Under the pieces are notes generated by a model that saw only the letters and a list, made by a program, of their open reading frames with translations, had not been told where the DNA came from and ran no database searches. Made by a program: the position numbers and the translations under genes. A stretch of 29,101 bases of DNA from the NCBI GenBank assembly GCA_965213685.1, contig CBDBZY010000039.1, positions 1 through 29,101 on the forward strand, given 5' to 3'. Source of the stretch: a bacterium. GTDB taxonomy: Bacteria > UBA8248. Positions 19,201 to 26,846 of this stretch are shown one piece after another. How positions within the stretch are numbered: position 1 is the stretch's first letter; each line of letters begins with the position of its first letter.

Positions 19201-20322
19201 GATGCGGACCGCTGCTTCCGGCTGCGTGCGGACGACTTCGCCCGCGTCAACCCCAACACCGGCACCGCGCCCATCTTCCGCACCCGCCGGGACATGGAGC
19301 TGACCACGGCTATCTACGCCCGCCTGCCCGTTCTCGTGGATCGCTCCTCAGGCGAGCCCGCCAAGGCGTGGCCGGTGAAGTACTCGACCATGTTTCACAT
19401 GACCAACGACTCCGGCCTGTTCCGCACCCGGGGTGCGCTGGAGGAGCGGGAGGGCGCCTGGCCGGTCGGCGGCAACCGATACGACAGCCCGCAGGGCACA
19501 TGGGTGCCGCTCTATGAGGGCAAGATGGTGTGGGCGTTCGACCATCGGGCGGCGCGCGTGGCGGTGAACTCCCGCAACAGGCAACGCCGCGCGTGGCCCC
19601 TGCCGGCGACCCTGGCGCAGCACCGGGACCCGAACTGGCTGCCCGAGCCGCAGTTCTGGGTGCTGGAGAGCAAGACAGCGTTTCCCTGTGCCGGATATTT
19701 GCTTGCGTTTAGGGACGTGACCGCCCCGACCAACGCACGATCCATGGTCGCAACACTGACTCCGGCCGTTGGTATCGGAAACACGCTTCCCATCGTTTCG
19801 AGCGATGGTCATGGTGCCGCGGATGCTGCGCTGCTGCTTGCCAATTTCAACGCTATTCCATTCGATTACGTCGCGCGCCAGAAGATTCAGGGGCAGCATC
19901 TCAACTGGTACATCGTGGAGCAGCTCCCCGTCGTCCCGCCCGAAGCCTACGAGACCACCCGCTTCGGGCCCAAGACCGCCGGGGAAATCATCCGCGAAGC
20001 CGTGCTGGAGCTCACCTACACCGCCCACGACATGGCGCCCTTCGCCCGCGACATGGGCTACGTGGATGCGGCGGGCGCGGCGCGGGCGCCCTTCCCCTGG
20101 GACGAGGCGCGCCGCCTGCGCCTGAGAGCCAAGCTGGACGCCGTGTTCTTCCACCTCTACGGCGTGGCCGACCGCGACGACGTGCGGTATGTCTACTCGA
20201 CTTTCCCCATCGTCGAGGACCAGGAGAGGAAGGCGCACGGGGACTATCTCTCCCGCGCCCTGTGCCTCGACTACATGAACGCGCTGGCCGCCGGCGCCCC
20301 CGACGCGGAGGTCCGCCCCTGA
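16204..20322 (+). CDS. Single-chain Type IIG (Eco57I-like) restriction-modification enzyme: PD-(D/E)xK nuclease, N6-adenine methyltransferase and target recognition region (~1372 aa)
   Basis: VPDGLLF...LVESKRW and WGILTNG.HWRLY (nuclease region); YNGGLF, LGSIYE, RKDSGSYYT, CDPAMGSGHF (motif I), GVDKN, VIGNPPW (motif IV), NLYALFVE. Start is uncertain; GTG 16204 just before GSLFTADFL was chosen. Confidence 0.88.
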   Translation: MRDDGPWEGSLFTADFLAEAIAELDEYAALDDAALNALESALRARFDAFPADGSPNESQTEDDLIWPVLERLGWGAYLRQQNLSADGRRDVPDGLLFADEEAKARANDLPEGARRYELGLALVESKRWGHLLDRRAGSEEDAASPQLPLRFAGGGGGSRLVRETAPSTQMLRYLRRADDLTQGGLRWGILTNGAHWRLYFSGARSVSEQFFGADLARILNPPGCADARRHWLRVFALLFGREAFLPGPGESRTFHQRAIEEGRRYEERVADDLRQLIFQEIFPELASAIAAAAPRAPLPEVREAALVVLYRLLFILYAEDRGLLPVRDERYDDYSLRNKVRDDVGRRKDSRDAFSASAPNYWSAFDNLCRLIDEGDASIGLPPYNGGLFDPERAPLVGRVRLDDQIMANVVDVLSFEKASEGRRYINYRDLGVQQLGSIYERLLEYELVRDGAEIAVRPKAFARKDSGSYYTSDDLVGLIIEETVGPLVQARLEAFNSKVRAKQGLRLQGDAGMEALRALDPAERILELRICDPAMGSGHFLVNLVDWLADRVIEAVAEAEAAAYGYLSPLTERIEKIRKTITRNAEEGRWRVDAAQLDDRHIVRRMVLKRCVHGVDKNPMAVELAKVALWLHTFTVGAPLGFLDHHLRCGDSLFGAWVRRAIDRAETPLFLREPVRRAMAAAAPMREVERMTDAEIAEAHESAARFTEAEEGTRPLAAFLSLLHAIEWLNVRNREDAAALHDFFNGSFGDPVGVAMGAAPENPENPKGARGARRLAALLERARTLMEEERFLHWQAAFPGVWTAWERPERTGGFDAVIGNPPWDRVKLQQVEWFSARRPEIAGAQRAADRKRMIADLARAEDPLAGEFAEASERAAAAVRVARTCGDYPLLSGGDVNLYALFVERAMALVKPDGMVGLLVPSGIASDKTAARFFRGVATEGRLRALYDFENQRTRHGLPPFFPDVASRFKFCAFVASPQPASDPARCAFFLQDVAEREDADRCFRLRADDFARVNPNTGTAPIFRTRRDMELTTAIYARLPVLVDRSSGEPAKAWPVKYSTMFHMTNDSGLFRTRGALEEREGAWPVGGNRYDSPQGTWVPLYEGKMVWAFDHRAARVAVNSRNRQRRAWPLPATLAQHRDPNWLPEPQFWVLESKTAFPCAGYLLAFRDVTAPTNARSMVATLTPAVGIGNTLPIVSSDGHGAADAALLLANFNAIPFDYVARQKIQGQHLNWYIVEQLPVVPPEAYETTRFGPKTAGEIIREAVLELTYTAHDMAPFARDMGYVDAAGAARAPFPWDEARRLRLRAKLDAVFFHLYGVADRDDVRYVYSTFPIVEDQERKAHGDYLSRALCLDYMNALAAGAPDAEVRP

Positions 20323-20439
20323 GCGGGGCGTGCGGCCATCCACGAAGGTTTGCCCGGGCGCGCGCGCGGGTGTATCGTTGTTGATGCGGATGCGCACCGC
20401 CAGTCTTTCTGAGGACGCTATGGAGTCGTGGAATATAGC

Positions 20440-20664
20440 ATGGTCAGAATACCGGTAATCTCTGGAGAGGAGGCGGTCAGGATATTTCAAAAAGCTGGTT
20501 GGGAACTCGACAGGACGAAGGGAAGTCATATGATCTACACAAAACACGGCGCAGAAAAGCACCTTTCGATTCCCAAACACAAAACGCTGAAGCGTGGGAC
20601 GTTGCGGAAATTGATAAAAGCCGCCGGACTGACAGTTCAAGAGTTTGAAGAGCTTAGGCTTTAG
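20440..20664 (+). CDS. hicA: HicA-family toxin (mRNA interferase)
   Basis: GW..DRTKGSHMIY...IPKH..LKRGTLRKLIKAAGL, with the catalytic GSH histidine. Confidence 0.93.
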   Translation: MVRIPVISGEEAVRIFQKAGWELDRTKGSHMIYTKHGAEKHLSIPKHKTLKRGTLRKLIKAAGLTVQEFEELRL

Positions 20665-20701
20665 ATAGACGATAATATGTCATAATCCTGGAGGAGGTGC
20701 G

Positions 20702-20824
20702 GTGAGCGCTGACAAGAAAGAAAATGGCAACAAGCCTGGAGAGCCGATTTTCGGCACACATCCAACGTTAAATAAATGCGAGAGTGCGTTTGGCCGCATC
20801 GTTCAGCCTGAAAGCGGAGGATAA
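20702..20824 (+). CDS. Hypothetical 40-aa peptide between hicA and hicB
   Basis: GGAGGAGG RBS, then GTG...TAA encoding MSADKKENGNKPGEPIFGTHPTLNKCESAFGRIVQPESGG. No recognisable motif. Confidence 0.35.
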   Translation: MSADKKENGNKPGEPIFGTHPTLNKCESAFGRIVQPESGG

Positions 20825-20861
20825 GGCAAATGGGGCGGAATAGCAGAAAAGGAGGGATCGA

Positions 20862-21113
20862 ATGATGGAGAGACGTGTCATAGACATATCGGGCCATGGG
20901 CCATTTCAGGTTGCTCTGGAGCCGGATGAAGCGGATGGCGGGTACGTCGTCGAATGTCTGGATTTGGAAGGCTGCATATCGGAGGGCGACACCATGGAAG
21001 GGGCCATCGAGAATATCAGGGAGGCAATAGAGGGCGTCTGCGAGTCCATGATTGCGCACCACGGGCGCGTCATTCGCTCCGCCGAGAGTCGCGCCACTAC
21101 ATATTCGGGATAG
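20862..21113 (+). CDS. hicB: HicB-family antitoxin (short form, no obvious DNA-binding domain)
   Basis: DGGYVVECLDLEGCISEGDTMEGAIENIREAI; GGAGG RBS at 20851. Confidence 0.9.
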   Translation: MMERRVIDISGHGPFQVALEPDEADGGYVVECLDLEGCISEGDTMEGAIENIREAIEGVCESMIAHHGRVIRSAESRATTYSG

Positions 21114-21258
21114 TCGGAGGAGTCGGAACAAGCATGCAGCAACACGGCTCTCGAATACGCATAAAACCCCACGTCAGAGCAGTCCCGGAAGCATAAATCC
21201 GCGGCTTGGCGGCCTGATCCCCCCCCCTCAATCCTCAAACTCTCCCCCGTCCCCCCGG

Positions 21259-21288
21259 TTGACACCGCGCGGGGCGTCGTGAAACCAT
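21259..21288 (+). promoter_or_regulatory. Possible promoter for the lectin-domain gene
   Basis: Perfect TTGACA at 21259-21264; weak TG-a-AACCAT -10 at 18-nt spacing. Confidence 0.3.
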
Positions 21289-21350
21289 CTCGGGGGAGAG
21301 CAGGTCGTCCCGGATGCCGGCGCTGGATTCTCGAGGAGAAGGAGACGAAC

Positions 21351-21971
21351 ATGGCTTGGCGGGTCGGGCCGGGCGCGTCGGCGGCGCGTCTGGCGGTGCT
21401 TTTCTTTTTGGTCTGCGCGTTCGCCGCGGCCCCTGCGGGAGCCTCCCCGGCGGCCGAGAGGGCGGGGAAGGGCGCCGTCTTCCTCAAGGCGTTCTATCCG
21501 CTGGATGAGCCGCGGTTTCACTGCGTGGACATTCCCGGACACCGCTCCCGCGTCAACACCGCAGCCGCCCTCGTGGTGCACACCTGCAAGGAGGGCATCT
21601 GGAACCTCGATGAGCGCTTCGACCCCGCCGCCCTGTCCAGGGGCGAGCTCCGAATGCCCGAATACGGGCTGTGCGTCGCCGCGGCGAGTGCGGCCGACGG
21701 GGCGCAGCTCCTCCTGCGCGAATGCGACGGCTCCGCCCTGCAGGCCTGGCGCTTCGAGAACTATCGCCTGCGCCTCGCGCGGCACCCGAACATGTGCCTG
21801 ACCATCGGCGCGGAACCCTCGAGGCTCACGCCGGGCGGGCGCCGGCTGTCGAGCCGCCACATGGCGCGCTCCCTGGCGCTCGCGGCATGCTCGGAGGAGG
21901 CGCTCGAGCGGCAGCTCTGGCGGGCGGAGCGGCCCATGGCGCGCTCCGGCTCCATCATGCCCTTCCGGTAG
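21351..21971 (+). CDS. Secreted ricin-B-type (beta-trefoil) lectin domain protein
   Basis: Signal peptide; three repeats of C-[VL]-x...C....(Q)xW/F type (HCVDIP..HTCK, LCVAA..RECDGSALQAW, MCLTI..AACSEEALERQLW); AAGGAG RBS. Confidence 0.75.
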   Translation: MAWRVGPGASAARLAVLFFLVCAFAAAPAGASPAAERAGKGAVFLKAFYPLDEPRFHCVDIPGHRSRVNTAAALVVHTCKEGIWNLDERFDPAALSRGELRMPEYGLCVAAASAADGAQLLLRECDGSALQAWRFENYRLRLARHPNMCLTIGAEPSRLTPGGRRLSSRHMARSLALAACSEEALERQLWRAERPMARSGSIMPFR

Positions 21972-21988
21972 GCGGCGTCTTCCCTCCC

Positions 21989-22820
21989 CTATCTCTTTTG
22001 CGCGTGGATGAGCCGCGCTCCCATGGGCACCTGAATCATCCCCCCGCACGCGAACTCGCCCAAGCGTTCGGCGATCGCCCGCTTGATCCTCTCGCGGGCC
22101 TCGGGCGTCTGGGCCTTCAGGCGCGCCGCCGTGCGCACGGTGGATTTTTCGATGACGTCGATGACGTGCGCGGGCGTCTGCGCCCGCAGGCAGAGGGTGA
22201 GCTCGACAGTCTCGGGGGCTGCGAAGCCCGCCGCTTGCAGGGTGCGCGCGCACGCGCGCGCGTCGTCATAAAACGGAGCCGGCGGCCCGGCCACGAGGGG
22301 GACGCCCGGCTCGCCATGCTCCCGCATCGCCCGCTCCATCAGCGTCCGGTGGCCCGCGTCGTGGTTCCACGCGGTGAAGGCGAGCCTCCCCCCCGCCCGG
22401 AGCACCCGCGCGGTTTGGGCCAGCGCGACTTCGGGGCGCGGGAAGTGGATGAACCCGAAGTTGCTCACCACGGCGTCGAAGCGCGCGTCGGCGAAGGGCA
22501 TCGCCTCGGCGTCGCAGTGCCGGGGGGAACTCGGCTCCCGGCCAGCGGCGGGCGGCCTCGGCCACCATGTCGGCGGCGAAATCCGCCCCCACCACCGTGC
22601 AGCCGCGCATGAGCGCACCCGCCGCGACGCCCCCCGTCCCGCAGGCCAGGTCGAGCAGGCGCGTCCCGAAGCGCGCGCCGGCGGCGTCGAGCAGGGGGGC
22701 GGTCGCCTGCGCCGTGACGGCGCCGAACAGGTCGGCGTATTCCGCCGCCACGCCGTTCCAGCCCGCGCGCTCGAACTCCCGGAACGCCTCCGGGTCGTAT
22801 GCGGATGCCGCGTTCTTCAT
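21989..22820 (-). CDS. UbiE-like class I SAM methyltransferase; apparent frameshift in G6 run at 22522-22527
   Basis: FERAGW...RLLDLACGTG..VVGADFAADMV continues in another frame as RHCDAEAMPFADARFDAVVSNFG..ARVLRAGGRLAFTAW. Confidence 0.82.
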
Positions 22821-22874
22821 GCTCCGGCCTCTCGCCTCCGCCTCCATGGGGGGTGATGGGCGGCTTGCGCCGCG

Positions 22875-24288
22875 TCAGTCCGCCGCGACGCCCCGCGCCA
22901 CCAGGTCCACGCCGTCCGCCCCGATGATCTCGCACGCGATGCGCTCTCCCGGGGCCGCCTCGGTTTCATGGAGGAACACCTCGCCGTCCACCTCGGGTGC
23001 CTGCAGCCGCGTTCGCCCGCGCAGGAGGCCCTCCCCCGTCATGCCCTCGACGAGCACCTCCGTCCGCTGGCCGATGAGCGCCTCGCCCTCCTCTCGCATG
23101 ATGCGCCCCTGCAGCTCCAGGAGCCGCGCCATGCGCTCTCTCGCAAGCGCCACCGGCACCTGCCCCGGCATGCGCGCCGCGACAGATCGCTCCTCCGGCG
23201 AGAAGACGAAGCCGCCCAGACGCGCGAAACGGGTCTGCTCCACGAAGTCGAGGAGGAGCTCGAAGTCCGCGTCCGTCTCCCCCGGGAAGCCGACGAGCAT
23301 GGTGGTTCTGAGGGCGCAGCCCGGCACCCTCTCCTTGATCCGCGAGACGAGGGCGCGCGTGCCCCGCTCGTCGATCCCGCGCCGCATGGCGGCGAGCACC
23401 GGCGTGGCGACGTGCTGAAGCGGCATGTCGACGTACTCGCACACCTTGGGCAGCTCGCGGTAGGCGTCGAGCAGCGCGTCCGTCACCCCCGCGCGGGTAG
23501 TTGTAGAGCACGCGGATCCACCCGAGTCCCTCCACGCGGTCGAGCGCCTCCAGCAGCCGCGCCAGCGAGACGCCCGCGCCGAGGTCCGCCCCGTAGCTCG
23601 TAATCTCCTGTGCGAGGAGGTTGACCTCCCGCACGCCGGCGTCGGCGAGGGCTTTGGCCTCGTCCACCACGAGGTCGAGCGGGCGCGAGCGGAACCTGCC
23701 GCGAAATCTGGGTATCACGCAGAATGTGCAGGGGCGCGAGCAACCCTCAGCCACCTTGAGATAGGCGCTCGGCCCCGGTTCCGAGAGGATGCGGGGCAGC
23801 CTTCTGCCGTAGTCCATCAGCGTGTCGGAGAACGCCTCCCGCGCCGCGCCCCGCTCCCCGCGCAGCAGCTCGGGGAGGCGATCGTACTCCCGGGTGCCGA
23901 TGAAAAGGTCCACCTCGGGCAGTCCCTGGGCGAGCTCCCCCCGGTAGCGCTCGGCGAGGCAGCCGGCCACCACGAGGGTTTCCAGGAGGCCCTCCTCCTT
24001 GAGCCGGGCGAGGTCGAGGATGGCGTCTATCGATTCGCGCTTGGCGTCCTCGATGAAGCCGCACGTGTTGACGATGGCGACCTGCGCCCCGGCCGCCTCG
24101 CCCACGAGCCGGTAGCCCGCGTCCGACAGGGCGGCGAGCATGATCTCCGAGTCCACCGTGTTCTTGGCGCAGCCCAGGGAGACGAGCGCCGCCGCGGGCG
24201 CACCGGGCGCCGTCGGCCCGGGCGGCGTCCCGCGCCGCACGAGGGGCGCCGGGGCGGTGGACTGTATCTGGAGGAGCTCCCCGCTCAT
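22875..24288 (-). CDS. rimO: Ribosomal protein S12 methylthiotransferase RimO; apparent +1 frameshift in C5 run at 23486-23490
   Basis: SLGCAKNTVDSE, NTCGFIEDAKRESI, VAGCLAERY, radical SAM motif EGCSRPCTFCVIP, DMPLQH, LVGFPGET, TRAM-region QAPEVDG. Deleting one base gives YNYPRGVTDAL. Confidence 0.92.
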
Positions 24289-25631
24289 CGCGCAGCGCCC
24301 GCCCGGGAGGCCCTGGGGTCGCAATGCCATTCCTCCATGGGCCGGTTGAAATAGCGGATCGCCACCCCGGGGAGTTCCTCCCGGAAGAGGTCCAGCATCC
24401 GCACCATGCCCATGGCCTCTCCCGCGTTCCCGACCCCGGGCAGGGTGTCGAGGTAGAGTTCGGGGTCGATGCACAGGTTTTTCATCTGGATCACGTGAAG
24501 GCCCGTGCGCCGCGCGAACCCGAGCATCGCCTCGACCTCGGCCTCCAGGTCCGTGACGCCGGGGAAGACGAGGTAGTTGATCTGCGTGTAGAGACCCGCG
24601 TCCACGGAGGCTTTTGCGAAATCCTCCACGTGGGCGAAGTCATACGTCTCGGGGCGATAATACGCGCGGTGCCACGCGGGCGTCGCGCTGTTCGTGCTGA
24701 TGCGGACGCTCTGCAGCCCGGCCGCGGCGAGCCTGCCCGCCCATTCGGGGCGGCTGCCGTTCGTGTTGAGGTGGAGGGTGCCGCGCGGCGTCCGCTCCCG
24801 GATGCGTCGGCAGGCACGCTCGATGACGCCCGCATGGAGCAGCGGCTCCCCCTCGCATCCCTGGCCAAAGCTCGCCATCGCCATGTCCGCCTCCTCCAGA
24901 TGGGGGACGGCGACCCCGCTCAGCTCCTCGGGCGTCGGGACGATTCCGATGCGCTGATGGCTCGCCGGAAACAGGTCGTCCGTCTGGAGCGAGATGCACC
25001 CGCGGCAGTCCGCGTTGCACAGCGGCGCGACCGGCAGGCCCATCTCCCACCGCCGGGCGAAGAAGTTTTTGGCAGCGAAGCAGTGAAACGCACTCGCGCA
25101 GCGCGCGAGGTGGGGGAGCAGCCGGTTGTTCGGGTGGGCGCCGCGCATCTGGGCGATCCGCCCGGGCAGGCCCGAGTCGTCATACTCCGCGGGCGCCCAG
25201 CGCGGGCAGTCATCGACCCGCACGGCGGCGCATACGAACCTCCCGGCCTCCTTGTCGAAGCCGAGCGCCGTGTAGGCCCACAGGGGGAGGGTCGCGGCTT
25301 CGCGGTCTCTCTCCGAGAAGGGAAGCAGGGTACGCATCCACCCCGGTGCGGGAAACGCGCAGGCCGCCTGCAGCGGCGCCGGCCCCTCGCCCCAGTCCGC
25401 CTCCGCCACGCTGATGAGCGCGTCCGCCACAGGGTCGCCCCCCACGGGGACGCTGTCCGGAATCGTGAAGAGCCTGCTTCCCCCGGGCAGCGGGGAGAGC
25501 TCCCCGGGATCGGGCGCCACGGGCACCGCCCCCTGCGCGCCCACCATTTCGAGCGCGGGGTGTTCGTATATGTTGCCGTCGCCGTCGGCGACCACCATCA
25601 ATGGGCACATGAGAAGGGGTGCTCCGCTCAT
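24285..25631 (-). CDS. Uncharacterised radical SAM protein with long N-terminal domain
   Basis: CNADCRGC (CxxxCxxC), SFGQGCEGEPL, HLNTNGS, INYLVFPG; additional CASAFHC upstream. Start is uncertain (MSGAPLL chosen). Its stop overlaps the rimO start (ATGA). Confidence 0.85.
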   Translation of the reverse strand: MSGAPLLMCPLMVVADGDGNIYEHPALEMVGAQGAVPVAPDPGELSPLPGGSRLFTIPDSVPVGGDPVADALISVAEADWGEGPAPLQAACAFPAPGWMRTLLPFSERDREAATLPLWAYTALGFDKEAGRFVCAAVRVDDCPRWAPAEYDDSGLPGRIAQMRGAHPNNRLLPHLARCASAFHCFAAKNFFARRWEMGLPVAPLCNADCRGCISLQTDDLFPASHQRIGIVPTPEELSGVAVPHLEEADMAMASFGQGCEGEPLLHAGVIERACRRIRERTPRGTLHLNTNGSRPEWAGRLAAAGLQSVRISTNSATPAWHRAYYRPETYDFAHVEDFAKASVDAGLYTQINYLVFPGVTDLEAEVEAMLGFARRTGLHVIQMKNLCIDPELYLDTLPGVGNAGEAMGMVRMLDLFREELPGVAIRYFNRPMEEWHCDPRASRAGAAR

Positions 25632-25879
25632 CGGGCGCCAAGCCGCGCGGGCTTTGCCCTCCCCCGGAAACAGATGGCCTGCGAGACGCCCCGCCTCACC
25701 CCAGGCGTCTTCGGCCCGAGCCGACACCCTAGCAGAACCCGCGCGCCCTCCGCCAGCCTCTCCGCCTGGACAGCGGCGGCGGGCTTCGGAATACTTCGGG
25801 CGCCCCTCTTCGGGCCTTGGACGCAGGAGGTTTCTGTGTCAAATTAAATTGCGGCGAGACGAAACGGAGGAGGTCCGAC

Positions 25880-26711
25880 ATGAACCCAGAGGAATATCTC
25901 GCTCGAGTCGCTTTGGTGGAATCCGAGACCGCGCGCCTGGCGGCGCACTGGCGCGGCTTTTCGGACGCGCGCTGGGAGGCGGACACGTTTTGCCCCGGCT
26001 GGCGGGCGCGGCACGTGGTCTCCCACGTGGCGACGGGGGGCGATTTCTACGCCCACTCGATTCGGAGGGCACTGGAGGGACTGCCGCCCGAGCCGCCCTA
26101 CGGGAGCGACGCCAAGGAGTTTTTTCGCCATTCGCAAGGCCAAGGGAGAGGATCTCATGGCCCTGTCCCGCGACGAGATGGTGGATGCGTTCGCGGCCTC
26201 GGCAGATGAGGTGAACGGCGCCCTCGAGGCGATAGGGGCGGATGATCTCGGCAAGCTCGGCTACCACCCCCGCGGCCTGACCCGGCTCGACGCCTGGATC
26301 GGCATGCGGCTGGTCGAGCTGGTGGTGCATGACTGGGACATCCGCTATGGCGCGGACGCCGACGCCCGCGTCGCACCCCAGGGAGTGGAGGGGATGATGA
26401 GCTTCATTCCGGCGAACCAGAGCCGGTTTTTCAACCTGCGCGAGAAGCCGCCGTTCGACGGGCGGTTTCTGTTTCGCTCCAGGGAGCCGGATCGGGAGTG
26501 GACGCTCACAGTGTCCGGCGTGCGGGCGGAGGAGTCCGCCGACGCCTCCGGCCCGCACGACGCGATCATCGCCGTGGACGGCGAGGCGCACCTGCTGTTG
26601 CTCTTCGGGCGCGCGAAGTGCGAGGCCATGGAGGAGGCGGCACGCTTGGAAATCGAGGGGGATCGGAGCCTCGCCCATCAGCTTCTGTGCGTTTTGTACA
26701 CGGTCTATTGA
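25880..26711 (+). CDS. DinB-superfamily / maleylpyruvate isomerase (MDMPI)-like protein with SCP2-like C terminus; apparent +1 frameshift in T6 run at 26120-26125
   Basis: W..DTFCPGW.ARHVVSHV and RLVELVVHDWDI metal-binding His motifs; LLLFGR...LEIEGD C terminus; GGAGGAGG RBS. Deleting one T gives EFFAIRKAKGEDLMAL. Confidence 0.82.
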
Positions 26712-26846
26712 CCTTGCCCGGGCCCGCGCGGGCGCACTTGCGGCGGGCGCGACGTTTGCCGACGTGATGCGGGGTTTCCGAGGGGCGGGGAATGCGGGGA
26801 TGGGGCGCCTGGTCTAACGGCGCGCGAGAGGAGGAGTCTGGCTCCG

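Noticed and set aside
16204-20322. BREX PglX or DISARM methyltransferase
   Set aside because: No brxC/pglZ/brxL or drm helicase genes nearby, and the protein has its own N-terminal PD-(D/E)xK-like motif.
23483-23490. TGA near the rimO break as another selenocysteine codon
   Set aside because: That TGA is out of frame with both RimO halves; a single-base homopolymer indel explains the break.
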